In this document: positions 38,587-48,555 of the stretch, in pieces
How positions within the stretch are numbered: position 1 is the first letter of the stretch
How the letters are laid out: the number at the start of each line of letters is the position of its first letter
NCBI GenBank assembly: GCA_051251855.1
Contig: JBPOGI010000005.1
Location: forward strand, 96,001 to 160,000
From: Roseibacillus sp.
GTDB taxonomy: Bacteria; Verrucomicrobiota; Verrucomicrobiia; Verrucomicrobiales; Akkermansiaceae
DNA: 64,000 nucleotides
Direction of reading: 5' to 3'
Made by a program: the position numbers and the translations under genes
The notes under the pieces: generated by a model
Databases searched by the model: none
Told to the model about the DNA's origin: nothing
The model's input: the letters and a program-made list of their open reading frames with translations, nothing else

Positions 38587-38961
38587 TTAGTCTTTTGACT
38601 GGAGATTTAGGGAGTTGATGAGGCCTTGGAGCATGGCGGTGATTTCCTTGGTTTCTTGGATGAGGTGGTCTGCCTTTTTGAGGGCAGGTTTGTTGGTTTC
38701 TTTGCGGATTTTTTGGGAGATGTAAATTTGGGTCCGGAGCTCGCCGCAGGAACCTTTGGCGTATCGGAGGAATCTGGCGAAATCCTTTTGGCTGTCGCGT
38801 TCGCTGCCTTCGGCAATGTTGGAGGCGATAGAAACGGCGGCGGCTTGCATTTGGGAATTGAGGCGGAAATCGTTGGAATCTTCGGTGGCGAGGTAGGTGT
38901 CAACTGCGAGTCGGGAGGCTCTTTTCCACACTTCTAGGTCTTCGAAAGTCGTTAGAGGCAT
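38587..38961 (-). CDS. Four helix bundle protein (23S rRNA IVP/Avd-like)
   Basis: FEDLEVWK, QMQAAAVSIASNIAEG, FLRYAKGSCGELRTQ; ATG 38961. Confidence 0.9.
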   Translation of the reverse strand: MPLTTFEDLEVWKRASRLAVDTYLATEDSNDFRLNSQMQAAAVSIASNIAEGSERDSQKDFARFLRYAKGSCGELRTQIYISQKIRKETNKPALKKADHLIQETKEITAMLQGLINSLNLQSKD

Positions 38962-38984
38962 GGGGAGGAAGTTTGTTAGTTGGG

Positions 38985-39073
38985 AGTTTTCAGTTTTGAA
39001 GTTGGCAGTTTTCAGTTTCGGTTCGGTTGGCATCGGTCCGGACTGAAAACTGCACACTAGCAAACTGAAAACT
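38985..39073. repeat. Nested inverted repeats upstream of the four-helix-bundle gene
   Basis: AGTTTTCAGT (38985) pairs with ACTGAAAACT (39064); GCAGTTTTCAGT (39005) pairs with ACTGAAAACTGC (39042). Confidence 0.85.
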
Positions 39074-39076
39074 TCC

Positions 39077-40168
39077 TTACAGATCGTCGTCGTCGGCGCC
39101 GGCGAGGGCGCTGGCTTTTTGGTATTCGGTGACTTTGCCTTCGAAGAAGTTTTGCTCTTTCTTGAGGTCCATGGATTCGGAGAGCCAGGGGAAGGGGTTT
39201 TCGACGCCGCCTTGGAGGGGCTCGAGGCGGCAGTTGACGAGGCGACGGTCGGAGATGTAGTCGATGTATTGCTCGAATTCTTCGCAGCTGAGGCCGACGG
39301 CGCTGACGGGGAGGCAGTCGCGGATGAACTCTTTCTCGAGACGGACGCCTTCCTTCATGGTGTTGCGGAGGTCTTCTTGGAACTCGGTAGTCCAGATGTC
39401 GGGGTTCTCGGTGATGAGGGTGTTGAGGAGGTTGCGGAAGACTTCGATGTGATTGGATTCGTCGCGCAGGGTGTAGCGGAACATTTGGCCGATGCCGGGG
39501 AATTTGTTCTGGCGGTAGAGGCTCAAGATCATGCCGAAGAGGCCGTAGAATTGGGTGCCTTCCATGACTTGGCCGAAGATGAAGATGTTCTTGGCGAGGG
39601 CTTGCTTGTTCTCGAGGACGGTGAGGTCGACGTCGCGGCGAAGGGCGCGGCTGTTGGAGACGACGAAGTTGTTCTTGGCCTTGATGGTGGGGATGTCCTC
39701 GAACATGGCTTCGCATTCGTGCGGGTTGATGCCGAGGGAGGAAATCATGTAGACGAGGGAGTCGGCGTGGATGTTTTCCTCGTGAGCGTGGCGGCCGAGG
39801 ACGAGCTTGAGCTCGGGGGCGGTGACGAGCTCGCGGACGACGTGGAGGATGTTGTCTCCGACGATGCCTTCAGCGGCGGAGAAGTAGCCGATGCCCATTT
39901 TGATGATCCAGCGCTCGACGTCGGAGATGTCGCTGCCTTGCCACTGCTGGATGTCGGTCTGCATCTGGATGTCCTCGGGCTCCCAGTGGTTGTTCTTCAT
40001 CGTCTTGTAGAGGTCGTAGGCCCACTGATATTTGAGGGGCAGGATGTTGAAGAACATGGTGTCGCGACCATTGATGACGGCTTTGGCGTCGATGGCGGCT
40101 TGGGCCTTGTCTTGGTCGAGAATGAAAGTGCGTTCTCCGACGGTGTAGGTGGTTGTATTGGCAGACAT
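39077..40168 (-). CDS. nrdB: Ribonucleotide reductase beta subunit, class Ic (R2c)-like
   Basis: FSAAEG, EENIHADSL, MEGTQFY, RDESNH, NFFE.KVTEY. Confidence 0.93.
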   Translation of the reverse strand: MSANTTTYTVGERTFILDQDKAQAAIDAKAVINGRDTMFFNILPLKYQWAYDLYKTMKNNHWEPEDIQMQTDIQQWQGSDISDVERWIIKMGIGYFSAAEGIVGDNILHVVRELVTAPELKLVLGRHAHEENIHADSLVYMISSLGINPHECEAMFEDIPTIKAKNNFVVSNSRALRRDVDLTVLENKQALAKNIFIFGQVMEGTQFYGLFGMILSLYRQNKFPGIGQMFRYTLRDESNHIEVFRNLLNTLITENPDIWTTEFQEDLRNTMKEGVRLEKEFIRDCLPVSAVGLSCEEFEQYIDYISDRRLVNCRLEPLQGGVENPFPWLSESMDLKKEQNFFEGKVTEYQKASALAGADDDDL

Positions 40169-40299
40169 CTTTGTTGAGCAGTTGTGCGTGTGAAACGGGG
40201 TGATTGGAGCTTCTGAGAAGGGCTTCTTTAGAGGAGAATTGCACCTTGCCAGTAGCGTTGCTAGGATAGCTTCTTTCGAAGTTCAGGGTCAACGTGATT

Positions 40300-40346
40300 C
40301 CGGACATGTGGTAGTCCACAAATTATTCACATACTAGATGTTGTGG
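40300..40346. promoter_or_regulatory. Putative tandem NrdR boxes
   Basis: ATACTAGATGTTGTGG (40331-40346) resembles acaCwAtATaTwGtg; a weaker box lies 32 bp away (CGGACATGTGGTA); upstream of nrdB. Confidence 0.6.
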
Positions 40347-40981
40347 TTTTGGGGTTTTTTAGGAAAGACTGGATTTGCGCTTGAAAGGGCGCAAGAGCTT
40401 GAGCGTGGGAGCTTTTTAGGGGGCTTCTAACAAAAGGCGGGAAAAGTGGCTGGTGGGAAAAAAAGATTGCGGAACTTGAGCTCTCAAAATGCTCCCCAAG
40501 ACTTTTAAAAAATATGGCGAAAGTAAGGCCTGTGAATGGCTGAGAGGGGGGAGGCAGGGCGCAAAGTGAGGTGCCAAAGGGTACTAAATTTTATTTGTTA
40601 ACTTTACTTAAATAAGCTTTACAAGAAGGAGTAAATCCCCCAACGCCTGATATTGCTTGAAAAGGCATTTTTGATCTAACAGGGGTTGGGGGAGGCTGGA
40701 AGGGGAGCGTTATGACAAAAGGGTGGGGGATGGAATCAGAAGTAGTGAATGGTAGGGATTGTCTTTTGATCACTAAGACGGATCCCCGGGGTTGGATGGA
40801 CGGACTGCTGGGGTTTCACAGAAGGACGCAAAGGATCGCAAAGTCAGGGTTGGGCGGACTTTGTCTGGTGTTTTGTCCTGTTGAAAGAGGGGGGTGTCTT
40901 TCCAGGAAGAATTTGGGCACGACAACGCTACCGAAATCCTGTCGGTGTGCGGAGGGAAGTCCGTTGAGAAGGTGGGCTGTA

Positions 40982-41107
40982 CTAGAAGCCGAAGGTGCGG
41001 GCCGCGGACTTGAGGGTGCGGCCGGGGACTTGCAGGGTTCTGCTAACGAGCCCGCAAGAAGAAAGGAACATGGTGGCGAGGAGGGCGATGGCGATGAGCT
41101 TCTTCAT
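40982..41107 (-). CDS. Small lipoprotein (41 aa)
   Basis: MKKLIAIALLATMFLSSCGLVSRTLQVPGRTLKSAARTFGF; lipobox LSSC; below the ORF-track cutoff. Confidence 0.7.
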   Translation of the reverse strand: MKKLIAIALLATMFLSSCGLVSRTLQVPGRTLKSAARTFGF

Positions 41108-41242
41108 GGAGTGAGTCTGGCAGTTTGGGTGGGGTTGGTCAATCCTGGGGGTTGGATAGGGGCTTAGTTGGAGTTTTTGACTTGGACTCTTCAGTGGAGA
41201 GCTCTTTCCCCAGGAGGAAGGTGGCGGGGCCTAGATTCTTCC

Positions 41243-41632
41243 TTATGTTGATTGCCCTTGGTTTGTGGGGTCGGTAGGTAAGTTGCTAGTGAGGAAGCTT
41301 TCGAGTTCTTTGTTGCGGCGGACGATGGCGTGAATGCGAATGGTGGCGATTCCCATGAAGATGGCGAAAGAGAAAAGGGAGAAGGGCCAGCTGATGTCAA
41401 AGAGGATAAAGTAGAGGGGGTCATCATAATCTAAGAACGGACGCTTACCGGAGCTCCTCTCGATGAAGCTACCTACGGTTGAAAGGCAGGAGATAAGAAG
41501 GCTGTAACCGGCAGCGATGCAGGTTTTTCCTGCTATTGTTCGATAGAGGAGAATGCTCACCGCTAACCAAGTGACATCAATGATGATCCAAGAGATGGGG
41601 ACGAGCCAGTTTTGTAGCCATTCGATTGTCAT
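41243..41632 (-). CDS. Hypothetical membrane protein
   Basis: 129 aa, about 3 hydrophobic segments. Confidence 0.65.
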   Translation of the reverse strand: MTIEWLQNWLVPISWIIIDVTWLAVSILLYRTIAGKTCIAAGYSLLISCLSTVGSFIERSSGKRPFLDYDDPLYFILFDISWPFSLFSFAIFMGIATIRIHAIVRRNKELESFLTSNLPTDPTNQGQST

Positions 41633-41701
41633 TGGTGGATTCTACGAAGCTTGTAAAGAAGGGGTGTTTGCTCGGTTTTGGGAGCGGATCTTGCTCTGTT
41701 G

Positions 41702-43480
41702 TTAGAGCGCTTTGCGGTCGAGGGATTCTTGCCGGCGTTGAATTTTTTTGTCTATGGAGTCGGCTTCGTCGACGTCGCCGGCTTTGCGGTAAGCTTTGGA
41801 GACGCGACGGAAGAGTTTGAGCTCCATGTCGCCGCGGAAGAACTCGGCGGAGTTGCTTTCGGCGTGGCTCTTGTAGAATTTTTCGAGGTCGCTGGGGATT
41901 TCGGTGGCGACCTCGGGAAGGCGGCTGCCGTGCTTTTGGTAGCTGGTCATGAGCTTGCCAAACATTTCGAGGTCTTCGCCGTATTTGCGAAAGCTGCTCT
42001 TGTAGAGGCTGCGCAGGGCTTTGGCCGATTTCTTTTCGACGAGGATGGTGGCGAGGGAGGAGACGGCATCGGAAACGAGGTCGCCTTCGCTGCCGTTAGA
42101 GCGGGCGACGCTGCGGATTTCGCTTTCGAGGGCTTTGATCATCTCGGCGTCGTCGAGGGTGGGGAGGAGGTGTTCTTTGCGGATGGAGGCGATGTCTTCG
42201 AGGATGTTGGGGTGCTCGTCGTAGTTGCGTTCCATGGAGGCGAGGAGCTGTTTCCAGTCCTCGGATTGTCCGTCTTTGCTTTTGGTGAGGGCGACTTTTT
42301 CTTTCCAAATGTCGACGACGAGAGGAGCGGTGCGGCGAGCTTGTTCGAGGAGTGCGAGGGCGGTGTCCCATTTTTCTTGGGAACGGGCAGAGCGGGCGAG
42401 TTCGAGGAGGAGAAGGATGGGGACGCGTGATTCGTCTTGGTAGTCTTCGGTGCTTTCGAGCCACATGAGGCGGGAGGAGACGCTTTTGCCGCGCTGGGGA
42501 TCGTAGACGAAGCCGTTGATGATGCCTTGGCTGCCATAGGATTCCCAAGTGTTGTCTTTGGGCATGAACTCGACCCAGGCGTGAGGACCACGGTCGCCGG
42601 TGCCGTGGACGTAAGTGGCGGGGATGCCGCGTGCTTTGCCGCTTTGGGCAGAGTAGTGAGCTTGGTCGCGACAGACGCCGCCCTCGGCGAGAATCTCGGA
42701 GAGGATGTAGTATTGGTAAGGGTTTTCGTTTTCGACGGCGCGCTCCATGAGGTATTCGATGTCGCTGTAGGTGGAGCCCCAGGTTTTGCGGGACTCGCGC
42801 ACTTTCTTGAGGGACCAGTCGATTTCGGCGCGGGAAATTTTTAGGTCCACCACGCGGATGAGTTCGCGCGGAGTCATCTGGGCGCAGGAGGTTTCGAGTT
42901 GGTTGTTCTCGGAGGCGTCGACGAAGTAGCGGTAGCGCTCGTTGAGGGAGAGGGAGGGGTAGTATTGGTTGGCGACAACGCGAACGTTGCTGCGCTTGTC
43001 GTAGATGAGGGCTAGGGCGAGAGCGAGGGGTTGGTATTTTTCGCGAAAAGCGGGGTTTTCTTCGGCGCTCCAGAGTTGGGACCAGATGGTGAGGACTTGG
43101 GTGGCATTGTCCTCGGGACGGAGTTCGTTGAGGAGGCTGCCGAGTCGTTCGGGGGAAAGAAAGAGCCAGGTGAGGAAGTCGCGGTGCTCGGCGGTCCACT
43201 TGCGATTGCTGATGTCTTTAGCGGGAAGTTTGTTGAGGATGCTGAGGAGGAGAAGGCGGGTTTTGACTTCGTCTTCGCGCAGGGCTTCGGTGAGTTGGGT
43301 AGTGGTGAGATTGGAGACGAGGCTAGTGGCGTCTTTGCGTAGGCTATCGCGGAGAAGATCGTAGCGATAGGAGAGGAGTTGTTCGCCGAGGATGTCTTGC
43401 TCGGTGAGGGGAGGGAGGGTGACAGCGGAGAGAGATTGCCCCAAGAGGACGAGGCTGAGGAGGAACCGGTGCTTTTTCAC
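41702..43480 (-). CDS. Secreted transglutaminase-like domain protein
   Basis: GTG 43480 with signal peptide; GGVCRDQA...KARGIPA...HAWVEF. Confidence 0.7.
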   Translation of the reverse strand: MKKHRFLLSLVLLGQSLSAVTLPPLTEQDILGEQLLSYRYDLLRDSLRKDATSLVSNLTTTQLTEALREDEVKTRLLLLSILNKLPAKDISNRKWTAEHRDFLTWLFLSPERLGSLLNELRPEDNATQVLTIWSQLWSAEENPAFREKYQPLALALALIYDKRSNVRVVANQYYPSLSLNERYRYFVDASENNQLETSCAQMTPRELIRVVDLKISRAEIDWSLKKVRESRKTWGSTYSDIEYLMERAVENENPYQYYILSEILAEGGVCRDQAHYSAQSGKARGIPATYVHGTGDRGPHAWVEFMPKDNTWESYGSQGIINGFVYDPQRGKSVSSRLMWLESTEDYQDESRVPILLLLELARSARSQEKWDTALALLEQARRTAPLVVDIWKEKVALTKSKDGQSEDWKQLLASMERNYDEHPNILEDIASIRKEHLLPTLDDAEMIKALESEIRSVARSNGSEGDLVSDAVSSLATILVEKKSAKALRSLYKSSFRKYGEDLEMFGKLMTSYQKHGSRLPEVATEIPSDLEKFYKSHAESNSAEFFRGDMELKLFRRVSKAYRKAGDVDEADSIDKKIQRRQESLDRKAL

Positions 43481-43635
43481 AAGGGTGATTAAAGAGGGAG
43501 GAGTGGGGTGGGGCAAGGGGGAACGCTGGGTGTGGGGCGGACGAGGATGGGGGCGAGGTGAAGACTCGCGGTCCGTTGGAGGCGAACGTTGATTTCGTTT
43601 TTGTGATCGGAGGAAAAGGAGTAACTTTGGGGGAG

Positions 43636-44898
43636 ATGAGAGAGATTTTATTGGCGAATGAGACTTTTGGAATGGCGGCGGAGCAGTTTGACCGGACGGC
43701 GGAGTTTCTGGAGTTGGATGAGTCGGTGCGAGAACGATGCAAGTGGCCGAAGCGGATGTTGTCCTTTTCGTTGCCAGTTCATATGGATGATGGGCGGACG
43801 GAGGTGTTCTTTGGGCACCGGGTGCAGCATCATTTGTCGCGGGGTCCAGTGAAGGGGGGAATTCGTTATTCGCCGCATGTGGAGTTGGGGGAGGTGGCGG
43901 CGTTGGCGATGTGGATGAACTGGAAGTGTGCGCTGATGAAGTTGCCGTATGGGGGAGCAAAGGGAGGGATTGCGTGCAATCCGAGAGAGATGTCGATCGG
44001 GGAGCAGGAGCGGTTGACACGGAGGTTTGCGCAGGAGCTTTTGCCTTTCATTGGGGAGGATATTGATATTCCGGCTCCGGATATGGGGACGAATGCGCAG
44101 ACGATGGCTTGGATCGTGGATACGGCTTCGACGCAGGCCGGTAAGTTTGTGCCTGGGATTGTGACTGGCAAGCCGCTGGAGTTACAAGGTTCGGCGGGGC
44201 GGACGCAGGCGACGGGGCATGGAGTGGCCTTTACGGCGACGCGGGCGTTGAGTCGCTTGGGGATTGATTGTGATAAGGCTTCGGCGGTGGTGCAGGGGTT
44301 TGGCAATGTGGGCAGTTACGCGGCGGAGACTCTGATGTTCGATGGCGTGAAGGTGAAGGGGGTGTCGGATATTTCAGGGGCGATCTGGAATGATGGTGGT
44401 TTGGATATTGTTCAGCTGAGAAAGCATGTGGCGAAGACGGGAGGGGTGGCTGGTTTTGAGAATTCGGAACCCATCGATCCGGAGGAGATGATGATTCAAA
44501 AGGTCGATATCCTGGCGCCTTGCGCGATGGAGAGGGCTATTAATAAGGAGATGGCGGTGAAGCTACAGTGCCGGGTTTTGGCGGAGGGGGCGAATGGTCC
44601 GACAACTCCGGAGGCGGATGCGATCATTGAGCAGCGGGGGGATATCTTTTTGATTCCTGATGTGATGTGCAACGCGGGCGGGGTGACGGTGAGTTACTTC
44701 GAGTGGGTGCAGAATTTGCAGCGCTTTTCGTGGACGGAGCGGGAGGTGATTTCGAAGTTAGAGACGCTGATGGCGGCGACTTTTGACCGTTTGGTAAGCT
44801 TTGCGGAAGCACGCAAGTGTGGGCATCGGGTGGCGGCGCTGGCGCTGGGGATTAAAGAGGTGGCGGATGTGAAGAAGACGCGGGGTCTTTACCCGTAG
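43636..44898 (+). CDS. gdhA: Glu/Leu/Phe/Val dehydrogenase (glutamate dehydrogenase)
   Basis: GPVKGGIRY, LPYGGAKGG, DIPAPDMGT, VQGFGNVG, EGANGP, NAGGVTVSYFEWVQN. Confidence 0.93.
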   Translation: MREILLANETFGMAAEQFDRTAEFLELDESVRERCKWPKRMLSFSLPVHMDDGRTEVFFGHRVQHHLSRGPVKGGIRYSPHVELGEVAALAMWMNWKCALMKLPYGGAKGGIACNPREMSIGEQERLTRRFAQELLPFIGEDIDIPAPDMGTNAQTMAWIVDTASTQAGKFVPGIVTGKPLELQGSAGRTQATGHGVAFTATRALSRLGIDCDKASAVVQGFGNVGSYAAETLMFDGVKVKGVSDISGAIWNDGGLDIVQLRKHVAKTGGVAGFENSEPIDPEEMMIQKVDILAPCAMERAINKEMAVKLQCRVLAEGANGPTTPEADAIIEQRGDIFLIPDVMCNAGGVTVSYFEWVQNLQRFSWTEREVISKLETLMAATFDRLVSFAEARKCGHRVAALALGIKEVADVKKTRGLYP

Positions 44899-45114
44899 GT
44901 CAAGTGGCCTGGGGTTGGTTTGTGGGGGTGTTCTGGAGGGGGGCGCTCGAGAGACCTTGAAAGACTCAAAAACCAAAGTTGTGGACTTGGGAGGGGGCGG
45001 GGTTTGCTCTTCGTTTTTTGGCGGTGGGGTACTTTTTTGACGAAGTAATGAGGCTCTGCTGCTGGAAGCATCAGGAACGGACTGTCGCTAGAAGCGACAG
45101 CTACGTTGGCTGGA

Positions 45115-45720
45115 CTAGTAGCTGGTGAATTCGTCGGGGTTTTTAGCGATGAGGAAGGCGGTGATTTCGGCGACTTGTTGGGCGCTGTAGGTTTGGCCCC
45201 AAGGTTGCATCTTGGCGCCGTTGTGGCCGGTGGAGTCGGCTGGGGTGCCGTCGTTGATGATCTTGAAGATGTCGAGAGGGGTGGCTCCGTATTTCCATTC
45301 GCCATCGTTGAGGGCGAGGCCGGGAAGAGGGATCTTCTGGTCGCCAGCAATCATGGTGGCGGACATGTCTGCGGCGTGGCAGCCGATACAGACTTGGTTG
45401 TAAATAGCTTCGCCGCGAGCGATGCGGGCGGAGTCAGTGGCCCACTCGTGAACGAGGGTTTTGTCGTCGAGCTTGGAGAGAGTGGCGGCGAGGGCAGTCT
45501 TGCGCTCTTCGGCGATTTGCTGGATTTCGGCGCTGACTTTTTGTTGGTCGGTTTTGAACCAGTCGGTTTTGTAGTAGAGGCCCCAATCGACGACGAAGTA
45601 GACGATGGCAGCGTAGAGGGTGTAGAGCCACCAGTTAGGGAGCTTGTGATCGTATTCCTGAATGCCGTCGTAGGCGTGGTCGCGCAAGGGAGCTTCTTCT
45701 TCGGGATGCTTTTTTTTCAT
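45115..45720 (-). CDS. ccoP: cbb3-type cytochrome c oxidase subunit III-like
   Basis: HAYDGIQEYDHKLPNWW, CIGCH, MQPW. Confidence 0.88.
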   Translation of the reverse strand: MKKKHPEEEAPLRDHAYDGIQEYDHKLPNWWLYTLYAAIVYFVVDWGLYYKTDWFKTDQQKVSAEIQQIAEERKTALAATLSKLDDKTLVHEWATDSARIARGEAIYNQVCIGCHAADMSATMIAGDQKIPLPGLALNDGEWKYGATPLDIFKIINDGTPADSTGHNGAKMQPWGQTYSAQQVAEITAFLIAKNPDEFTSY

Positions 45721-45796
45721 GGAAAAGTTAAGGGCTGGGAGTTCACCGTACAGAGCAAGGAAGGGCGCTCAGGATGGCTGTTCTTTTTTGGAAGCG

Positions 45797-45964
45797 TTAG
45801 TTGTTAGGTGAGTCGTCGAGGGGGAGGGAGGCGAGATGATCGCGTTTGTCTTTTTTCATGACGACAGCTCGGATCAGCACGCCGATGAAGACGGTGAAGG
45901 TGAGGAGGAAGGCGGCAATGGGGATAACGGCAACCCAGTTTTCGTGAATGATACGGTGAAACAT
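45797..45964 (-). CDS. ccoQ: cbb3 oxidase small subunit CcoQ-like
   Basis: 55 aa, single TM, C-terminal ASLPLDD; between ccoNO and ccoP. Confidence 0.7.
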   Translation of the reverse strand: MFHRIIHENWVAVIPIAAFLLTFTVFIGVLIRAVVMKKDKRDHLASLPLDDSPNN

Positions 45965-45995
45965 GGAGATATGATTGGTGAGACGTTTTCGGTAG

Positions 45996-48542
45996 TTAGT
46001 TGCTGACGGTGCGCTGGGTGTCGGGGTCGAGAAGTTTCGGCTTTTGGTCGCCTTCGAGTTCTTGCACCGTGTAGCTGCCGAGCTTTTGAATATAGGCAAT
46101 TAGAGAGATGATCTTTCGCTCCGATAAGTAGCGGGTGAGTTCCGGGCCGCTGAGGTCAGGCTGGCTGGGAAGGTAGGCGGTCGCTTCAATGTTCTTAGCG
46201 ATAGCGAGAGCTTGCTCACGAGCGTGTTGTTCGATGCGGTGCTTGTCCAATTTCGGATAGTCTTGTGTGAAGGGGACGCCGACTTTGACCTGAGCTTTGA
46301 TGCGAGCTGGAATCCCCTTGAAGTCTGTCTTCTGTTCAAAGAGCCATGGATAGGCGGGCATATTGGAACCAGGAGAGGTCTGGCGAGGGTTGAGGAAGTG
46401 GTTGAAGTGCCAGAGATTATCGCGCTTGCCGATCCGGACCAAGGGGTCGGCTTCGGTGGCTGGTCCACCTTCGCGAGCGAGGTCGGGTCCGGTGCGTTTG
46501 GAACCCCATTGGAAGGGGTGGTCGTAGAGGCTCTCGCCGAGGTGGGAGTAGTCATCGGTGATGATGTCGCCGTTCTCGTCGGAGCGAGCGTAGCGCATGA
46601 CGTCGGGCTTGAGGGTCCGAATCATTTGCGAGTGACAGTTGTAGCAACCCTCAGCAATGTAGGTGTCGCGTCCCACGAGTTCGAGGGGGGTGTAGAGCTC
46701 TTGTAGGCGACCTTCGACGTTCTCGTCCTTGTTAACGATGATGGAGGGAATGATTTGAATCACGCCGCCCAAGGCCACCGCAATGAAGGTGAGGAAGGTG
46801 AAGGGGAGGTAGTTCTCTAACAGTTGGTCGTAGTAGTGGGACCAGGACTTGTTGTCTTTCTTGAAGGCGACGACCATTTTCCAAGTGAAGAATATGGTTA
46901 AGAGAATCGCTACCTTGTCTGCATGAGAGGGTAAGAAGAAGGACAGGGTGAGGAAGAAGATGATAGCGAAAACGTAGACTAGGAACTCTGAGCCAAACCA
47001 CTTCTTAGCTGGTAAGGAATCGTGCTCAGGAACTTCCGCGACCTCGATGGTGTCGACGATGGGCACGGATCCTTTGACTGTTTTATAGATGTTGATGGCG
47101 CACATCACGAACCCGAGGATGTAGAGGATGCCGCCATAGGTGCGGAAGGCGTAGAGTGAGAAGAAGCTCTTAAGGGTGACGTGGTTGCCGTCGCCGTCGC
47201 CGTTGATGGCTTGGAGAGTTTGCACGAACTGATACTTGAGGCCGGTGCCGCCGTCGTTGAGTTCCCCGAGCATGAGACCCTGCAGAATGCCTGCGGTCCA
47301 CATTGAGCCGACGTAAAGAAGGATGCCGACGAGGGCGAGCCAGAAGTGCATGTTGGCCCATGCTTCGCTCCAAAGTTTGCCGGGCTTGCCGTCTTTACCT
47401 CCCCAGAAGCGGGGGGCCATCCAGTAGAACATACCGGCGGCCATCATGCCGTTCCAACCGAGGGTTCCGGAGTGAACATGACCGATGGTCCAGTCGGTGT
47501 AGTGAGAAAGTTCGTTGACGGCACGGATGGCGAGAAGGGGGCCCTCAAAGGTGCACATGCCGTAGAAGGTAACGCCAACGGCGAAGAACTTGATCACGGG
47601 GTCGGTGCGGAGTTGGGACCAGCCGGTGCGGAGGGTGAGGAGGCCGTTCAGCATGCCACCCCAAGATGGAGCCCAAAGCATGAGGGAGAAGAGCATACCG
47701 AGCATTTGCAGCCAGCGAGGGAGAGCGGTATTGAGAAGGTGGTGGGGACCGGCCCAGATGTAGATGAAGACGAGAGACCAGAAGTGGACAATGGAGAGAC
47801 GGTAGGAGTAGACGGGGCGATTGGCGGCCTTCGGCAAGAAGTAATACATGATGCCGAGGATGGGAGTGGTCAGGAAGAAGGCGACCGCGTTGTGGCCATA
47901 CCACCATTGAACAAGGGCGTCTTGGAGACCGCCGAATATAGAGTAGGAGTGGGTGAGGCTGGTGGGAATCTGGAGGTTGTTAACGATGTAGAGCATTGCT
48001 ACGGTAACGATAGTGGCAATGTAGAACCAGAGGGCGACGTAGAGGCTGGGCTCGTTACGCTTGGCGAGTGTCCAGAAGAAGTTCCAAGCGAAGATGACCC
48101 AGATGAGGGCTACTGCGATATCGAGTGGCCAGATGAGTTCGGCGTATTCCTTGGATTGGGTGAGGCCGAGAGGAAGGGTGATGGCGGCACCGACGATGAT
48201 GCCTTGCCAACCCCAGAAGTGAATCTTGGAGAGGAGGTCAGAGGCGGTGCGGCATTTGCAGAGGCGTTGGGTGGAGTAGTAGATACCGGCGAACATCATG
48301 TTGCCTACAAAGGCAAAGATGGCTGCATTGGTATGTAGGGGACGGAGGCGGCCGAAGGTGATGTATTGGAGACCATCACCCTTGAATGCGCCGAAGGTGA
48401 GCGTCTCAAGGAATTTTCCATTGGCTTGCCACCAAGAAAGTTGGGAGGCGGCGATGATACCAACGAGCATGGCGACGAGTCCCCAAATGAGGGACGCGAT
48501 CATGAAGTGGCGCGGGGTCTTGTTATCGTAGGTGATGGTCAT
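45996..48542 (-). CDS. ccoNO: Fused cbb3-type cytochrome c oxidase subunits I/II
   Basis: GRLRPLHTN, QWWYGHNAV, WAGPHHL, IGHVHSG; EGCYNCHSQMIR, WGSKRTGPDLAR. Confidence 0.95.
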   Translation of the reverse strand: MTITYDNKTPRHFMIASLIWGLVAMLVGIIAASQLSWWQANGKFLETLTFGAFKGDGLQYITFGRLRPLHTNAAIFAFVGNMMFAGIYYSTQRLCKCRTASDLLSKIHFWGWQGIIVGAAITLPLGLTQSKEYAELIWPLDIAVALIWVIFAWNFFWTLAKRNEPSLYVALWFYIATIVTVAMLYIVNNLQIPTSLTHSYSIFGGLQDALVQWWYGHNAVAFFLTTPILGIMYYFLPKAANRPVYSYRLSIVHFWSLVFIYIWAGPHHLLNTALPRWLQMLGMLFSLMLWAPSWGGMLNGLLTLRTGWSQLRTDPVIKFFAVGVTFYGMCTFEGPLLAIRAVNELSHYTDWTIGHVHSGTLGWNGMMAAGMFYWMAPRFWGGKDGKPGKLWSEAWANMHFWLALVGILLYVGSMWTAGILQGLMLGELNDGGTGLKYQFVQTLQAINGDGDGNHVTLKSFFSLYAFRTYGGILYILGFVMCAINIYKTVKGSVPIVDTIEVAEVPEHDSLPAKKWFGSEFLVYVFAIIFFLTLSFFLPSHADKVAILLTIFFTWKMVVAFKKDNKSWSHYYDQLLENYLPFTFLTFIAVALGGVIQIIPSIIVNKDENVEGRLQELYTPLELVGRDTYIAEGCYNCHSQMIRTLKPDVMRYARSDENGDIITDDYSHLGESLYDHPFQWGSKRTGPDLAREGGPATEADPLVRIGKRDNLWHFNHFLNPRQTSPGSNMPAYPWLFEQKTDFKGIPARIKAQVKVGVPFTQDYPKLDKHRIEQHAREQALAIAKNIEATAYLPSQPDLSGPELTRYLSERKIISLIAYIQKLGSYTVQELEGDQKPKLLDPDTQRTVSN

Positions 48543-48555
48543 TGGAGAGAGTTTG

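Noticed and set aside
38587..38961. Diversity-generating retroelement (Avd-like protein)
   Set aside because: No reverse transcriptase and no TR/VR pair with adenine-specific mismatches seen
35243..40319. Long antisense and alternate-frame ORFs over nrdA/nrdB (e.g. 35551..37317 +)
   Set aside because: Shadow ORFs caused by biased codon use; low-complexity products without motifs
40350..40980. ncRNA or riboswitch in the long intergenic region upstream of nrdB
   Set aside because: No recognisable cobalamin riboswitch, tRNA or other conserved structure by eye
43481..44020. N-terminal extension of ORF 41702..44020
   Set aside because: Overlaps gdhA on the other strand; the signal peptide starts at GTG 43480
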